The notes under the pieces: generated by a model
The model's input: only the letters and a program-made list of their open reading frames with translations
Database searches by the model: none
What the model was told of the DNA's origin: nothing
Shown: one piece after another, positions 28,501-36,927 of the stretch
Layout of the letters: every line of letters starts with the position of its first letter
How positions within the stretch are numbered: the stretch's first letter is position 1
Translations under genes and position numbers: made by a program
Assembly (NCBI GenBank): GCA_965140415.1
Contig: OZ223209.1
Span: forward strand, 1,184,001-1,248,000
Direction of reading: 5' to 3'
DNA: 64,000 nt
From: Myxococcota bacterium
GTDB lineage: Bacteria > Myxococcota_A > SURF-8

Positions 28501-28847
28501 TCGCTGATGAGGCACGCGAAATCTATCCTAACCCAGTTACAGTTGAGCAAGTTAAATTCAACTCTTCCGAGCATTACAACAAAAATGGTGAGCTCGCTGT
28601 TTTGTGTGAAAAATGCAAGCCTCTATTCTCAACACCAGAGGACCAGCCACCTCAAGGTGGTGTAACAATCACTCCTCCTCCTCCTCCGGCAACTTCCCGT
28701 TCAATGGACATTCCCGCGGCCACCAGACAAAATAAAAAATGGGGTTCATCTCCTTCCTCCCCCACTCTCCCAGAAACAAACATAGAGGTTCCCTCTCAAA
28801 TTAACTTGGAAGATAAAAAAGATTCTGATCCAAAAACTGTGACCTGA
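25596..28847 (+). CDS. MBL-fold metallo-hydrolase with ~560-aa helical N-terminal extension
   Basis: LRRWGS...GGGFF...VDPG, THTHIDH (HxHxDH), AEH, ITGD, NHLG; TAATG overlap with the upstream gene. Confidence 0.88.
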   Translation: MPVDFTQLLADFKPEFVETLDRLRSQEEQPIFSKFNVNKTKLDSHYDTGTEEYTQKKKQLEDTKEKEMKSVEKDYDLLLREYDRISSLSYRQESHASEQIIFPYKLLILSYHLMLDYELNRTVFGLPMRDFLGRRARAILWRILNPPLGMTSIPQRLYFSCWWLIFYSYASSGNALGLFQARRIMLKTLLLYSKTVGVSRHTVNVFCCIVDLNLVMQARKDQKLKKPISHTDPHYDKLNSLVNLLSEDPSSKYLQRELSTLISEANDLLFSFKLENPSQDFEVFSIDIDLQTCLNSLRLLDIKAIPLYQDLYYELQSFSKIGSNDNLSIFENMFSRYANELLADKFAPCNFIQKLGARKIIESLLRGHFDETCPLNARSMRSRFSRTKIPQESPQTPLQVVVINSHTNIHSYPSSFLTNLFLYIEEKYEDYDASNIDTYLRYLVAEIAESCLRYELELAAELMTLARLHFIYLEKSKKNIPSGFKHLGKFLVKIAPGKDKRSNSEVKAKFQEYLSSLSWPTGMRHFLLSLFPSSGVGADHLALLNQPRGLTDSDDEIRIHCLRRWGSDTSLFTWNREKEQNWGGGFFIYAGKDRGVAVDPGLDFLDLFYMYTPYRFSNISSYLITHTHIDHAGEFEKMFSISVKYAELANNILKPLQIISSRDRGHYIEWMSWTKEECRRWQRIRKLKNPSCCPIIEKKDQGLPELFKQRCTSDNEICPRQFPFINKLVVVKKTIDETSATEDTVSIPLTDTSQIDRNQWAKVVPFKAEHYEWPLSKLFPKSHKYDSNSSYPKKRRSYEFPPKYWTPDTPSDYSVGYKLSINPPASQMDSWYNILITGDFSYNQVSEFKKSVNSGRLNLTDTHVMIANISSVKSSELDEHNGDRNGGNHLGLCGLIDIVEIVKPKVLVITEINREQSFKDLRCNLLDLIKYRLNIKMGDEAPPVFLSELGLTFILRDGKILVECACSSLADEAREIYPNPVTVEQVKFNSSEHYNKNGELAVLCEKCKPLFSTPEDQPPQGGVTITPPPPPATSRSMDIPAATRQNKKWGSSPSSPTLPETNIEVPSQINLEDKKDSDPKTVT

Positions 28848-28848
28848 C

Positions 28849-28930
28849 TGACCTGCCCCCCTAACGAGAATCCAGTAATGATGCTTTGCTCCCCTGACCT
28901 GACCCCGATAGTGACGCCAGTCATTGTGGT
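28849..28930. mobile_element. Two tandem IS3-like terminal repeat remnants
   Basis: TGACCTGCCCCCC...CCAGTAATGATG (28849) and TGACCTGACCCC...CCAGTCATTGTG (28895). Confidence 0.5.
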
Positions 28931-28971
28931 AGGCCCGGATCAGCCGATTGACTTTGGAGACCCCAGATATC

Positions 28972-30375
28972 CGTGCGTCCCGAAAACTCCGTCCAAGCTG
29001 AAATCACTTGCCTTTTCGTGATCATTCCGTAAAGCTGTTTTGCATGAAACTCTTGCTGATTATCACGATGTTGGCCGCCCTGAACCTCTTCCTATTCGGT
29101 TACGTCCACCGGAAACTGATTCTGCTCGTCGCCTTGCAACGTCAACAGCTCGTTGTTTACAAGCGGAAGATCAAACGACCGAGGCTCAAAGAACGGGACC
29201 GTCAATTCTGGATACTTCTTTCAAAGATCTGGTCGGAGTGGAAAGAGCACCTGGTCATTGTCAAACCGGAAACGGTCATCCTATGGCGTCGCCGGAAATT
29301 CAAGGACTACTGGCGGAAACTGTCAAGAGCAGACAGGAAAATAGGACGACCGCCCATCACCAAGGAACACATCGCCTTCATCAAACAGATTTCCGCTGAC
29401 CACCCAGGCTACAGTGGCAAACGCATCGCCGGGATGTTGAACACGTTGTTTGGTGTAAATCACGCCCCAAGCACCGTAGATCGCTACCGAGTGAAGCTGA
29501 CGAAACCGCCTCTTGGAAATCAGCAGTGGAGCACCTTTTTAAAAAACCATGCTTCCGCTATCTGGTCCTTTGATTTCTGTGTCCAGTTCACCTTCTTCTT
29601 TGCCCGAGTTTATATCCTGATCATCATCGAATTGGAAAGTCGACGGATTGTCCATCTCGCTGTGACACTGCACCCAACCCTGGCCTGGCTCAAGCAACAG
29701 ATCCGCAACGCCACCTGGGATAATTGCCCGAAGTTTCTGATCCATGACAACGACGGCATCTTCGGCCAACTGGGAAAGCCAGTGGCCGTTCAATTCAATG
29801 GCAAATCGGTTTCCTGCCGCTCGTCGTTGGATTATTGGCTGGTCACCATCATGGGCATCCGGGGAATTCCGACCCCGTTCCAAGCGCCCAATGCCAACGC
29901 CCATTGCGAGCGCGTCGTGGGCACGCTACGCCGGGAGTGCCTGGAGCACATGCTCTTTCTCAACGAATGGCATCTGATGCGGGTGCTGCGGGAATACAAA
30001 GACTATTACAACCACGAGCGTTACCATCAAGGCATCAAGCGGATTCCAAACCCAGCCGATGACATTGCCGATAGCCGGAAACTTGAGGGCAAAGGCAAGC
30101 TGGTTCCCAAGCCGATCCTGAACGGACTGCTCCACAGCTATCGGCTGGCGGCTTGACGTTTTAGCTGGTGATCTTAGAATGGGTCTCGGATTGAAACCTA
30201 TGGACAGGTCCATCCAATACTCGCCATTTACACGTTTCAATGAACAATTCGGTCATAGTGGGAGGGGAGTTCATGTCCCGCGCCGCCGAATTCCTTCTCC
30301 TCCAGACTCGCAAAGTGTTTTCTCATCGGGCGATCATCGCCAAATCATGTCCGGATGGAGTTTTCGGGTTGCACG
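28972..30375 (+). mobile_element. Insertion sequence (~1.4 kb) with rve/DDE transposase
   Basis: Imperfect inverted repeats CGTGCGTCCCGAAAACTCCGTCC and GGATGGAGTTTTCGGGTTGCACG; no target duplication seen. Confidence 0.85.
29044..30156 (+). CDS. Integrase core (rve) domain transposase
   Basis: IVKPETVILW, WSFDF, LIHDNDG, PNANAHCERVVGTLRRECL, YYNHERYHQG. Confidence 0.92.
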   Translation: MKLLLIITMLAALNLFLFGYVHRKLILLVALQRQQLVVYKRKIKRPRLKERDRQFWILLSKIWSEWKEHLVIVKPETVILWRRRKFKDYWRKLSRADRKIGRPPITKEHIAFIKQISADHPGYSGKRIAGMLNTLFGVNHAPSTVDRYRVKLTKPPLGNQQWSTFLKNHASAIWSFDFCVQFTFFFARVYILIIIELESRRIVHLAVTLHPTLAWLKQQIRNATWDNCPKFLIHDNDGIFGQLGKPVAVQFNGKSVSCRSSLDYWLVTIMGIRGIPTPFQAPNANAHCERVVGTLRRECLEHMLFLNEWHLMRVLREYKDYYNHERYHQGIKRIPNPADDIADSRKLEGKGKLVPKPILNGLLHSYRLAA

Positions 30376-30604
30376 AGTTGCGAATCAGTCCCTTTTTAAC
30401 TATGAAAAGAACGGTATCAACAGTCTTTTTCTCAAGCCAATAGAGCATGAGATCAATTGCAATTTTTGTTTTTCCGAGTCCTTGCTCGTGAAAGATTGCA
30501 GCGTACTCAAGTTCGCGGACAGCCTGAACAGCCTCGCTTTGGTAGGAAAACGCCTGATGTTTTGCATCAAGTCTAGGTTCTTTTTTCAGCTTAATCTTAG
30601 GCAT
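30376..30604 (-). pseudogene. SNF2/SF2 helicase N-terminal fragment truncated by the IS
   Basis: Q motif FSYQ, Walker A HEQGLGKT; homology stops exactly at the IS end (30375). Confidence 0.85.
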
Positions 30605-30627
30605 AATTCCTCAACCTGCATTTCTGT

Positions 30628-31038
30628 CTAGCAAGGGAGGTTGGCAATTACATCAATTGATACCGAACTAGAATTGGTTTCAATTTGAAGACGCTTGGTT
30701 AAAGCTCTCGCAAACCTGCTCATTGGCCATGGAACTGCAAATACAAAAACAGAGTTTCCACATGTGGAACCATATTTTAAGAAAGCTCTGATTTGTTCCA
30801 CCGAATGAGGTCTTTCAACGTCCCCTATTGTTTTGGCTTCACCAATAACAGTTAAGCCATTTGGTGCTGTTGCAGTGAAAACGTCTGGAACGTACCCGTT
30901 AATTTTAGGAGGTTTACTTGAAACGTTCATCGTAGGGTGATCGATTAATAAAAACCCTTTGTCTCCATTCAAATACGTCTTGGTAACCCAAGCCACTAAA
31001 TCTTCCACAAGTGTAACATGAGCCGCTGATTCTGCCAT
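30628..31038 (-). CDS. Small PD-(D/E)xK nuclease-like protein
   Basis: VPDV...IGEAKT; TAATG overlap with the upstream ParB-like gene. Confidence 0.7.
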   Translation of the reverse strand: MAESAAHVTLVEDLVAWVTKTYLNGDKGFLLIDHPTMNVSSKPPKINGYVPDVFTATAPNGLTVIGEAKTIGDVERPHSVEQIRAFLKYGSTCGNSVFVFAVPWPMSRFARALTKRLQIETNSSSVSIDVIANLPC

Positions 31039-32063
31039 TATTCTTCCGAATCAAAGCCGATATCTTTACAGAGGTCGCTAAGGGCATCTCTGGCATCACA
31101 AACCACGGAGACTTCTGGTGTGTCTTTCCTACTCCGAAGTTTCTGAAGATCAATATATTGAATTCCACTTATTCGCTTGCTAAGCTCTCTTGCCAGTTGC
31201 TCCAGTGTTGCATCCTGCAGGGCAGATTCTGGATTTGGCACATCCAAAGCCTTTATTGCTTCTTGGGCGCCATGTTTTAGAAAAATGGCCTTGGCTTTTT
31301 CATTCTGTAAGATTTGGGGTAGTTTACGAACAGTATTTAAAGGGAATATTTTTTGAGTATTGACCCATTCTGCGAAATCCTTTTTTGTGTAATTTGCTAA
31401 AAGAAGTGCATTGACTACTCGCGGACGCTGAAGCTCGACAAATGCACTAAAACGCGAGGGATCAAAATCTTGGTCGCTATCAAGCAGGGGTCTGTAGTTA
31501 GACTCCATGTCGTTGTAAGCTTCAATATAATTTTGTACTTCCCGTTTATCTCCACCACAAAAGTCCACTAGTTGAGAAAAAGTAAGATGCTCATTGTTTC
31601 TAAGAAGATTCAGATATTTCGCTTTTGAATAGGGATCCCATTCTCGTGTCCCAACCAAGTGAGCCTGCAATCGTATCGCATCAATTGAATCTGTGGGTAG
31701 CTCATCATGGACCATAGATGGGATCTTGTCCCAAGGTCCTTTGGGATCACTCGCTTTCAGCTCTCGATAAATGTGCGTCCTTGTGTTCCCTTCGATTACA
31801 ACAAGCTTTCCATCGCTCTCTCTATTCACAATAATTGGGTGGATAATTCCACAATTTGTTTGAATTGACTGTTTTAAACTTTGGTAGCTTGGACCTCCCA
31901 CATCATCTTGCCCTCCACCTGAGCGCAAGGCCAATTCAATCTGTGCGGAAGTTGGTGCTCCTTCATATATTTCAAGCCATTTGGCGATCCTTGGATTCTG
32001 TAAATCCAAATCGATCGAATCGACATCTAGCATTTCAAATCTTGCACCCGCAGGTTTAGACAT
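31038..32063 (-). CDS. ParB/Srx-like N-terminal domain protein
   Basis: LDLQNPRI, LKQSIQTNCGIIHPIIV, VIEGNTR. Confidence 0.8.
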   Translation of the reverse strand: MSKPAGARFEMLDVDSIDLDLQNPRIAKWLEIYEGAPTSAQIELALRSGGGQDDVGGPSYQSLKQSIQTNCGIIHPIIVNRESDGKLVVIEGNTRTHIYRELKASDPKGPWDKIPSMVHDELPTDSIDAIRLQAHLVGTREWDPYSKAKYLNLLRNNEHLTFSQLVDFCGGDKREVQNYIEAYNDMESNYRPLLDSDQDFDPSRFSAFVELQRPRVVNALLLANYTKKDFAEWVNTQKIFPLNTVRKLPQILQNEKAKAIFLKHGAQEAIKALDVPNPESALQDATLEQLARELSKRISGIQYIDLQKLRSRKDTPEVSVVCDARDALSDLCKDIGFDSEE

Positions 32064-32272
32064 ATGCGACTCCGTTCTTGTAATGGAACCAAAGGTGGCT
32101 CATCCTTGAGGTATGAGAAAGATCATAGTAAAGATGTGAAGTCTTCACAACAATTTTCTCTTTTCATTTCATTTTTAGACGTTCCCTCGCCATGTGCGCG
32201 AGGGAGTCGAACTCGGAGAAATTAGTCTCCTCTATCAGGATCGCGTAACCGTCCGTAAACAATCGGGATTCA

Positions 32273-32513
32273 CATTTCGGACGAGGTCGGCGAAATTTCG
32301 GACGAAGTCCGAAACCACGGAGAACAGAGAGAGAAAAACGGTGATTTCGGGTAGCGAGGGGAACGATGGGTGGAAGCCCCGTCCGAAATCGAGCGAGAGC
32401 GTGCCGACTAGAGAATCCAGAAAAACCATAGAAATCAAGCAGATATAGGCTACTCCAGAAACACGAAACCCGCTGCTCTGATCAAACAGAGAGCGGGTTC
32501 GATACTGAAAAAC
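32273..32513. repeat. Island-end module 2 (homologue of 7543-7783), including a hairpin just downstream of tmRNA
   Basis: ATTTCGGACG at 32274 and 32295, GTCCGAAA at 32307 and 32381; hairpin AACCCGCT...AGCGGGTT at ~32467-32499. Confidence 0.75.
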
Positions 32514-32861
32514 TGGTGGAGGCGGGGGGAATCGAACCCCCGTCCGAAATGCGTCTTGCGTGAGCGTCTACGTGCGTAGTTGATGGTTCAATCTCAATTC
32601 ATCCCTCACCCATCAACAAGAGAGCAATGAATCCAGTTCGATTGATCTCGCCTCAGCAGGCTCGAACAGCGCCCGCATCGGCCAGCCATTAAATTGACGC
32701 CTCTTCCCATGCAATGGCATCACAAGAGAGACGGACGGGCATTATGCCGCCATTTGGTAGTTGTTTTCGGCAATTGTATATGCCTGCCGGCTTTTACGAA
32801 GATCCGGCGCTCCGGCACGCGACCCAGGCCTTCTACACCCCGTCGAAGCCATGTCGCCCCC
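32514..32861 (-). ncRNA. ssrA: tmRNA; tag reading frame AENNYQMAA*
   Basis: 5' GGGGGCGACATGGCTTCGACGG; 3' GGGGGTTCGATTCCCCCCGCCTCCACCA; internal GCCGAAAACAACTACCAAATGGCGGCATAA; 348 nt. Confidence 0.97.
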
Positions 32862-32889
32862 AGTTGGAAAAGAACGAGAACCATCCACG

Positions 32890-32918
32890 AGCGTAGCGTA
32901 AAGTGAGGACGCCGTCAA
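32890..32918 (-). promoter_or_regulatory. sigma70-type promoter of ssrA
   Basis: TTGACG-17 bp-TACGCT on the minus strand, ~28 bp upstream of the mature 5' end. Confidence 0.7.
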
Positions 32919-33017
32919 TAAGTTACGCAGCAATCGACAAGATAATCCCGACTAATGCCGGATTTCCTTGAAATCGGATAGTACAGCTTCTTGTTGCGGG
33001 TTTGGTTTAAGTGGATC

Positions 33018-34991
33018 TCAATCCGCAAATAGCGCTGTGCTTTCACCCGATTCTTCCGTTTGCGCCGGTAATACGATGGAAAAACGCGCGCCCCCCTGCT
33101 TACTCGACTGGCAGTGGATGTTCCCCTGTAAATCGTTGATGATGTTTAGTGCCATCGCCAATCCCAAACCGGTCCCCTGCGATTTGGTGGAAAAGAAGGG
33201 ATCGAAAATTTTCTCGCGCATGGTCTCGGGGACGCCGGGACCGGTATCCTGGATGTACACCTCGCAGCTTTGCTGGTTGCGCAGGGTGCCCAGTTCCAGA
33301 ATGCCGCCTTCTTCCATCGCCTCGATCGAATTCTTGATCAGGTTGTGGAACACCCGTACCAGCTGGTTTTCATCTGCCTGAATGATCACCGGTTGATCGT
33401 CCAGATCCAGGTGGCAGGAGATGTTGTGTTGCGACAGTTCCGCCGCGTAAAAATCGGAGAGATTGGTCAATACCCGGTTCAAATCCACGGAGCGTCTGCT
33501 CTGCACCGGCATACGGCCCAACTTCAAATAATCCTCCGTAATCGCGTTCAGGCGTTCTACTTCGCGAATGATCGCCTGCAAAATCGGCAGCGTTTCGGGA
33601 AGATTGGGATTACCCGAGGAGAACTCGTCTTGCAACATTTCGGTGTTCAGTGCAATGGAGCTTAGCGGATTGCGTACCTCGTGGGCAATCTTGGAGGAAA
33701 TCCGACCCACTGCGGCCATGCGTTCCGATTGCAGCAGGCTTTCCTTCATGCGCAGTTCGTCGGTAACGTCCTCGCCTAAAATCAATAAACCGTTGACGCG
33801 CTCATTGGCCAGAATCGGCACGGCGGTAAAGGTCAGGCGTCGAATCTCGCCATTTTCCTGTTTCACTTTTATCGCTTCGCGCACCAAGGTCGCTTTGGTT
33901 TGCAGCACTTTATCAAAGGGTAAAACATCACCCAGAACGCCATCTGCAATGGGAACGGAAGAGACCGGCTGCGACAGGAAGTGCTGCAATCCTTCTCCCC
34001 ATATTCGCTTGGCGCCATGGTTCACGGTTTTCAAGCGCTGATTCACGTCCGCCACCAATACCGGTTGCCATAAGGTCTCGATAATATTCTCGTAATGCCC
34101 TTTCAGCATCCCCAACTCGACATTGCTGGTTTCTAGCTCACGAGCCTGATCTTTCAAGGCCAGATCGCGTTGTAATAAGGACTGCCGCATGCCTTCGAAG
34201 GCCTGGGCCAATTCTCCCATTTCATCGCCGGAATGAATCGCGACCGTGTAGCGATATTCTCCCTGACCGATGCGCCGGGCGGCTTCGACCAGGCTGCGCA
34301 ATGGGCGAATGAGGAAGCCGGACAATACCGTTAATATGACGGCGGCGACGAAGGCGACGGCAAACAGGAAAATGCCGCTCCAGGTGGCGCGATCTCCCTG
34401 TTGTTCGGCGCGCGCCACGATCTGGGTGACTTCACTGTCCAGTTTCATCGATAACATCTTGATTTTACGATTCAACTGCAATTCCAGCGCCCGCAGTTCG
34501 GACAAGCCCAGCCGGCGTTCCTCTTCTGTTGCGTCCTGCGCTTCCAAAAGGGTAACGGCGCGGGCGTGATAGCGTTCCGTCTGCGTACCGACTTCTTCCA
34601 GACGTTGTTGAATATCCTGGTAAAATTTCCGTTGTTCCTTATCGGAAACCACCAGCAGCAGCTTGTCGCAATGCGCCACCCCTTGCGTGATGTGCTGTCG
34701 TACCAGGCGCGGAAAGCGGTTTTTTACGATGGCGATGAACAATCGCCGGGTGTTGGAGTCCTGCACGTCCAGAATGCGCTCGATATCCGTTTTCTGGCTC
34801 TTGGTGGCGGCGTCGATCTGGGCGATAATCCGCGACAAAGGCATGTAGCCCATGTTCAACTCGTAGAGCGAACGGGTGGAGCTGCGCATCTGGTAGATCT
34901 GATAGTAGGTGACGCCGGTGAAAATCACGATGACGGTCGCAAACAGCAGCACGATTTTAGTGACGATGGACAGCTTCATGATCAGGCGCAT
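33018..34991 (-). CDS. Membrane sensor histidine kinase (HAMP-PAS-HisKA-HATPase, NtrB-like)
   Basis: Two TM segments; AHEVRNPL, NLIKNS, DTGPG, FFSTK, GTGLGL. Confidence 0.93.
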   Translation of the reverse strand: MRLIMKLSIVTKIVLLFATVIVIFTGVTYYQIYQMRSSTRSLYELNMGYMPLSRIIAQIDAATKSQKTDIERILDVQDSNTRRLFIAIVKNRFPRLVRQHITQGVAHCDKLLLVVSDKEQRKFYQDIQQRLEEVGTQTERYHARAVTLLEAQDATEEERRLGLSELRALELQLNRKIKMLSMKLDSEVTQIVARAEQQGDRATWSGIFLFAVAFVAAVILTVLSGFLIRPLRSLVEAARRIGQGEYRYTVAIHSGDEMGELAQAFEGMRQSLLQRDLALKDQARELETSNVELGMLKGHYENIIETLWQPVLVADVNQRLKTVNHGAKRIWGEGLQHFLSQPVSSVPIADGVLGDVLPFDKVLQTKATLVREAIKVKQENGEIRRLTFTAVPILANERVNGLLILGEDVTDELRMKESLLQSERMAAVGRISSKIAHEVRNPLSSIALNTEMLQDEFSSGNPNLPETLPILQAIIREVERLNAITEDYLKLGRMPVQSRRSVDLNRVLTNLSDFYAAELSQHNISCHLDLDDQPVIIQADENQLVRVFHNLIKNSIEAMEEGGILELGTLRNQQSCEVYIQDTGPGVPETMREKIFDPFFSTKSQGTGLGLAMALNIINDLQGNIHCQSSKQGGARFSIVLPAQTEESGESTALFAD

Positions 34992-35284
34992 ACTCCCGAA
35001 AAAGGGTTCTGTTTTCCAGACACTAGCAAAACTCCATCACCTTAGCAAGACTTCTGAAACCCATACTGTATCCCGTCGAAAAACAGCCGCAGACTGCTCC
35101 AGAAAATAAATTGACTCCATACCTTAAGTATGCTAGTGTCCCAAACTGCTTTCCAACAGTGCGAAAGTACTACGGAAGTATCCGAAGTGATTAACTATTT
35201 TCATAGAACCAGCCGATAATTTGGAGTAGGTCCACTAGCTAGTTAGCCTGAGATCGAGAAGTCTTGGACCAGGAGAGGACAAGG

Positions 35285-36862
35285 ATGAAAGCAATGCGAT
35301 GTAATGGTATTTGGGCCAAGGTCGTTGCTTACGCGGTCATCGTGACGATGAACATCATGTACATGCCGCTAATCAACCAGGCACCCGTTTATGCTGCAAA
35401 GTCGAACCCGAAAGTGTTCGTCTTCGGCGTTTCCCCGGATGGTGATAAAACACCGCTGGAATTGCAGGGTATGACGGAAGCGAAATTCAAGGAACTGTTC
35501 GACGGGGAGCGGCGTATCACGATTGTGTCCGCCAGAGACGCGCGCAAAATGCTGCGTCCCGTCAAGCGTCAGCCTCCCACCCCTGGGATCGAAGGCACGC
35601 AAAAAGAGTTGAAGAGATTCGAGAAATACCTTTCCCGGGCGGAAGAAGCGCTTGAGGAAGAGGAAGTCGAGGATCTTTACAGCAGCGCGAAAAAGGCTGT
35701 CAAGTACCTGAAACGCGCCGCGAATCTGGTGGAAGATTACGACCAGGCGCGTGATGCCTATCTCTATCTGGCCGCCGGTGCGGAAGAGATGGAAGAAGAT
35801 GGCGCGCTGGTAGCCATGCAGACCGCGTTGAGCTTCGATCCCAAATACAGCCCCAAAGGCGATCTCAAATCGATGACGCGCGGATTGTACAAGGAAGCGG
35901 ATCGTGCCCGTGGTAAAGGCGAATTGGAAATCAGCGCCGATCCCGAAGACGCCACCATCTGGGTCAACGGTATCCGTCATAAGTCCCCGGCTTCGCTAAG
36001 GAACCTGACGGAAGGCGACTATTACATCCGTGTCGAAGCACGTGGCTTTAAAGCCAACACGACCTTGGTTGAGTTGAGCGGCGATTCGAAAGAACTGAAT
36101 ATCGTGCTGGCCGGTGAAGGCGGCGACGCCCAGGCGGATAGCGGTATCGATAAAAAAGCCGTGATGAAGGGTCTGTATAAGAAAGTCCGCGCTCAGGATT
36201 TCGACAAAGCCTTCTTCGATGACGCCCAGCGCTTTGGTGAATGGATCGAAGCGGATTACCTGGTAGTTCCGGCTTTCAAGTCCAAACGGAAAAGTTCCAG
36301 GCTGTATCCGCTCGTGTTCGATGTGTCCAGCGGCAAAATGGGCCAGGTGGAAGTCACGCGCATTCGTCACAGTAAATCGAATCCGGTCGGCGACATTGAA
36401 GCGTCTTTCGAAGACACCCGCGACGCCATCCTGGAGGATTTCCCGGGCGTGCTGATTGTGGCCGGTGGTCCGATCGGTGCCGATGCCGTGGAAGCGGCTG
36501 AGGAAGATGACTACGAAGAGGACGAACCGGTTGCCGCCGCTGTAATCGAGGACGAACCGGAAGAGGATGTCTACGATGAACCGGCTCCGCGTCGCAGCGA
36601 ACCTGTTGCGGCAGCGATTAACCTGGATATTGATGAGAGCGTGTATTTCTCCGACGACGATCTTTCCAAAGCACAGGAAGATTCCGAAGGCGAAGAATCG
36701 ATTGCCCCGGTGGAAACCACTCCGCTCTACAAGAAATGGTGGCTCTGGACAATCGTCGGTGTAGTCGTAGTCGGCGGTACTTTGGGTGGTCTTGGTGGAG
36801 CTGGACTTCTCAGCACCACGGATAACAGCCAACCCAACCGTTTCGTTGCACCGCAGCGCTAG
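35285..36862 (+). CDS. PEGA-domain membrane-anchored protein
   Basis: GELEISADPEDATIWVNG...GDYYIRVEARGF; C-terminal PLYKKWWLWT plus TM helix. Confidence 0.85.
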   Translation: MKAMRCNGIWAKVVAYAVIVTMNIMYMPLINQAPVYAAKSNPKVFVFGVSPDGDKTPLELQGMTEAKFKELFDGERRITIVSARDARKMLRPVKRQPPTPGIEGTQKELKRFEKYLSRAEEALEEEEVEDLYSSAKKAVKYLKRAANLVEDYDQARDAYLYLAAGAEEMEEDGALVAMQTALSFDPKYSPKGDLKSMTRGLYKEADRARGKGELEISADPEDATIWVNGIRHKSPASLRNLTEGDYYIRVEARGFKANTTLVELSGDSKELNIVLAGEGGDAQADSGIDKKAVMKGLYKKVRAQDFDKAFFDDAQRFGEWIEADYLVVPAFKSKRKSSRLYPLVFDVSSGKMGQVEVTRIRHSKSNPVGDIEASFEDTRDAILEDFPGVLIVAGGPIGADAVEAAEEDDYEEDEPVAAAVIEDEPEEDVYDEPAPRRSEPVAAAINLDIDESVYFSDDDLSKAQEDSEGEESIAPVETTPLYKKWWLWTIVGVVVVGGTLGGLGGAGLLSTTDNSQPNRFVAPQR

Positions 36863-36927
36863 GGGGACGAACCATGATAGCGCGAAATGTACATGCTCGT
36901 CCGGAGCGAAGTAAGGAGAAAAATGAA

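Larger units (their letters stand above)
7784..32526. mobile_element. ~24.7-kb genomic island integrated at the tmRNA 3' end; no integrase recognised inside
   Basis: Direct repeat of the ssrA 3' end at both ends; accessory cargo (primase-helicase, IS, defence-like genes); patchy base composition. Confidence 0.75.
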
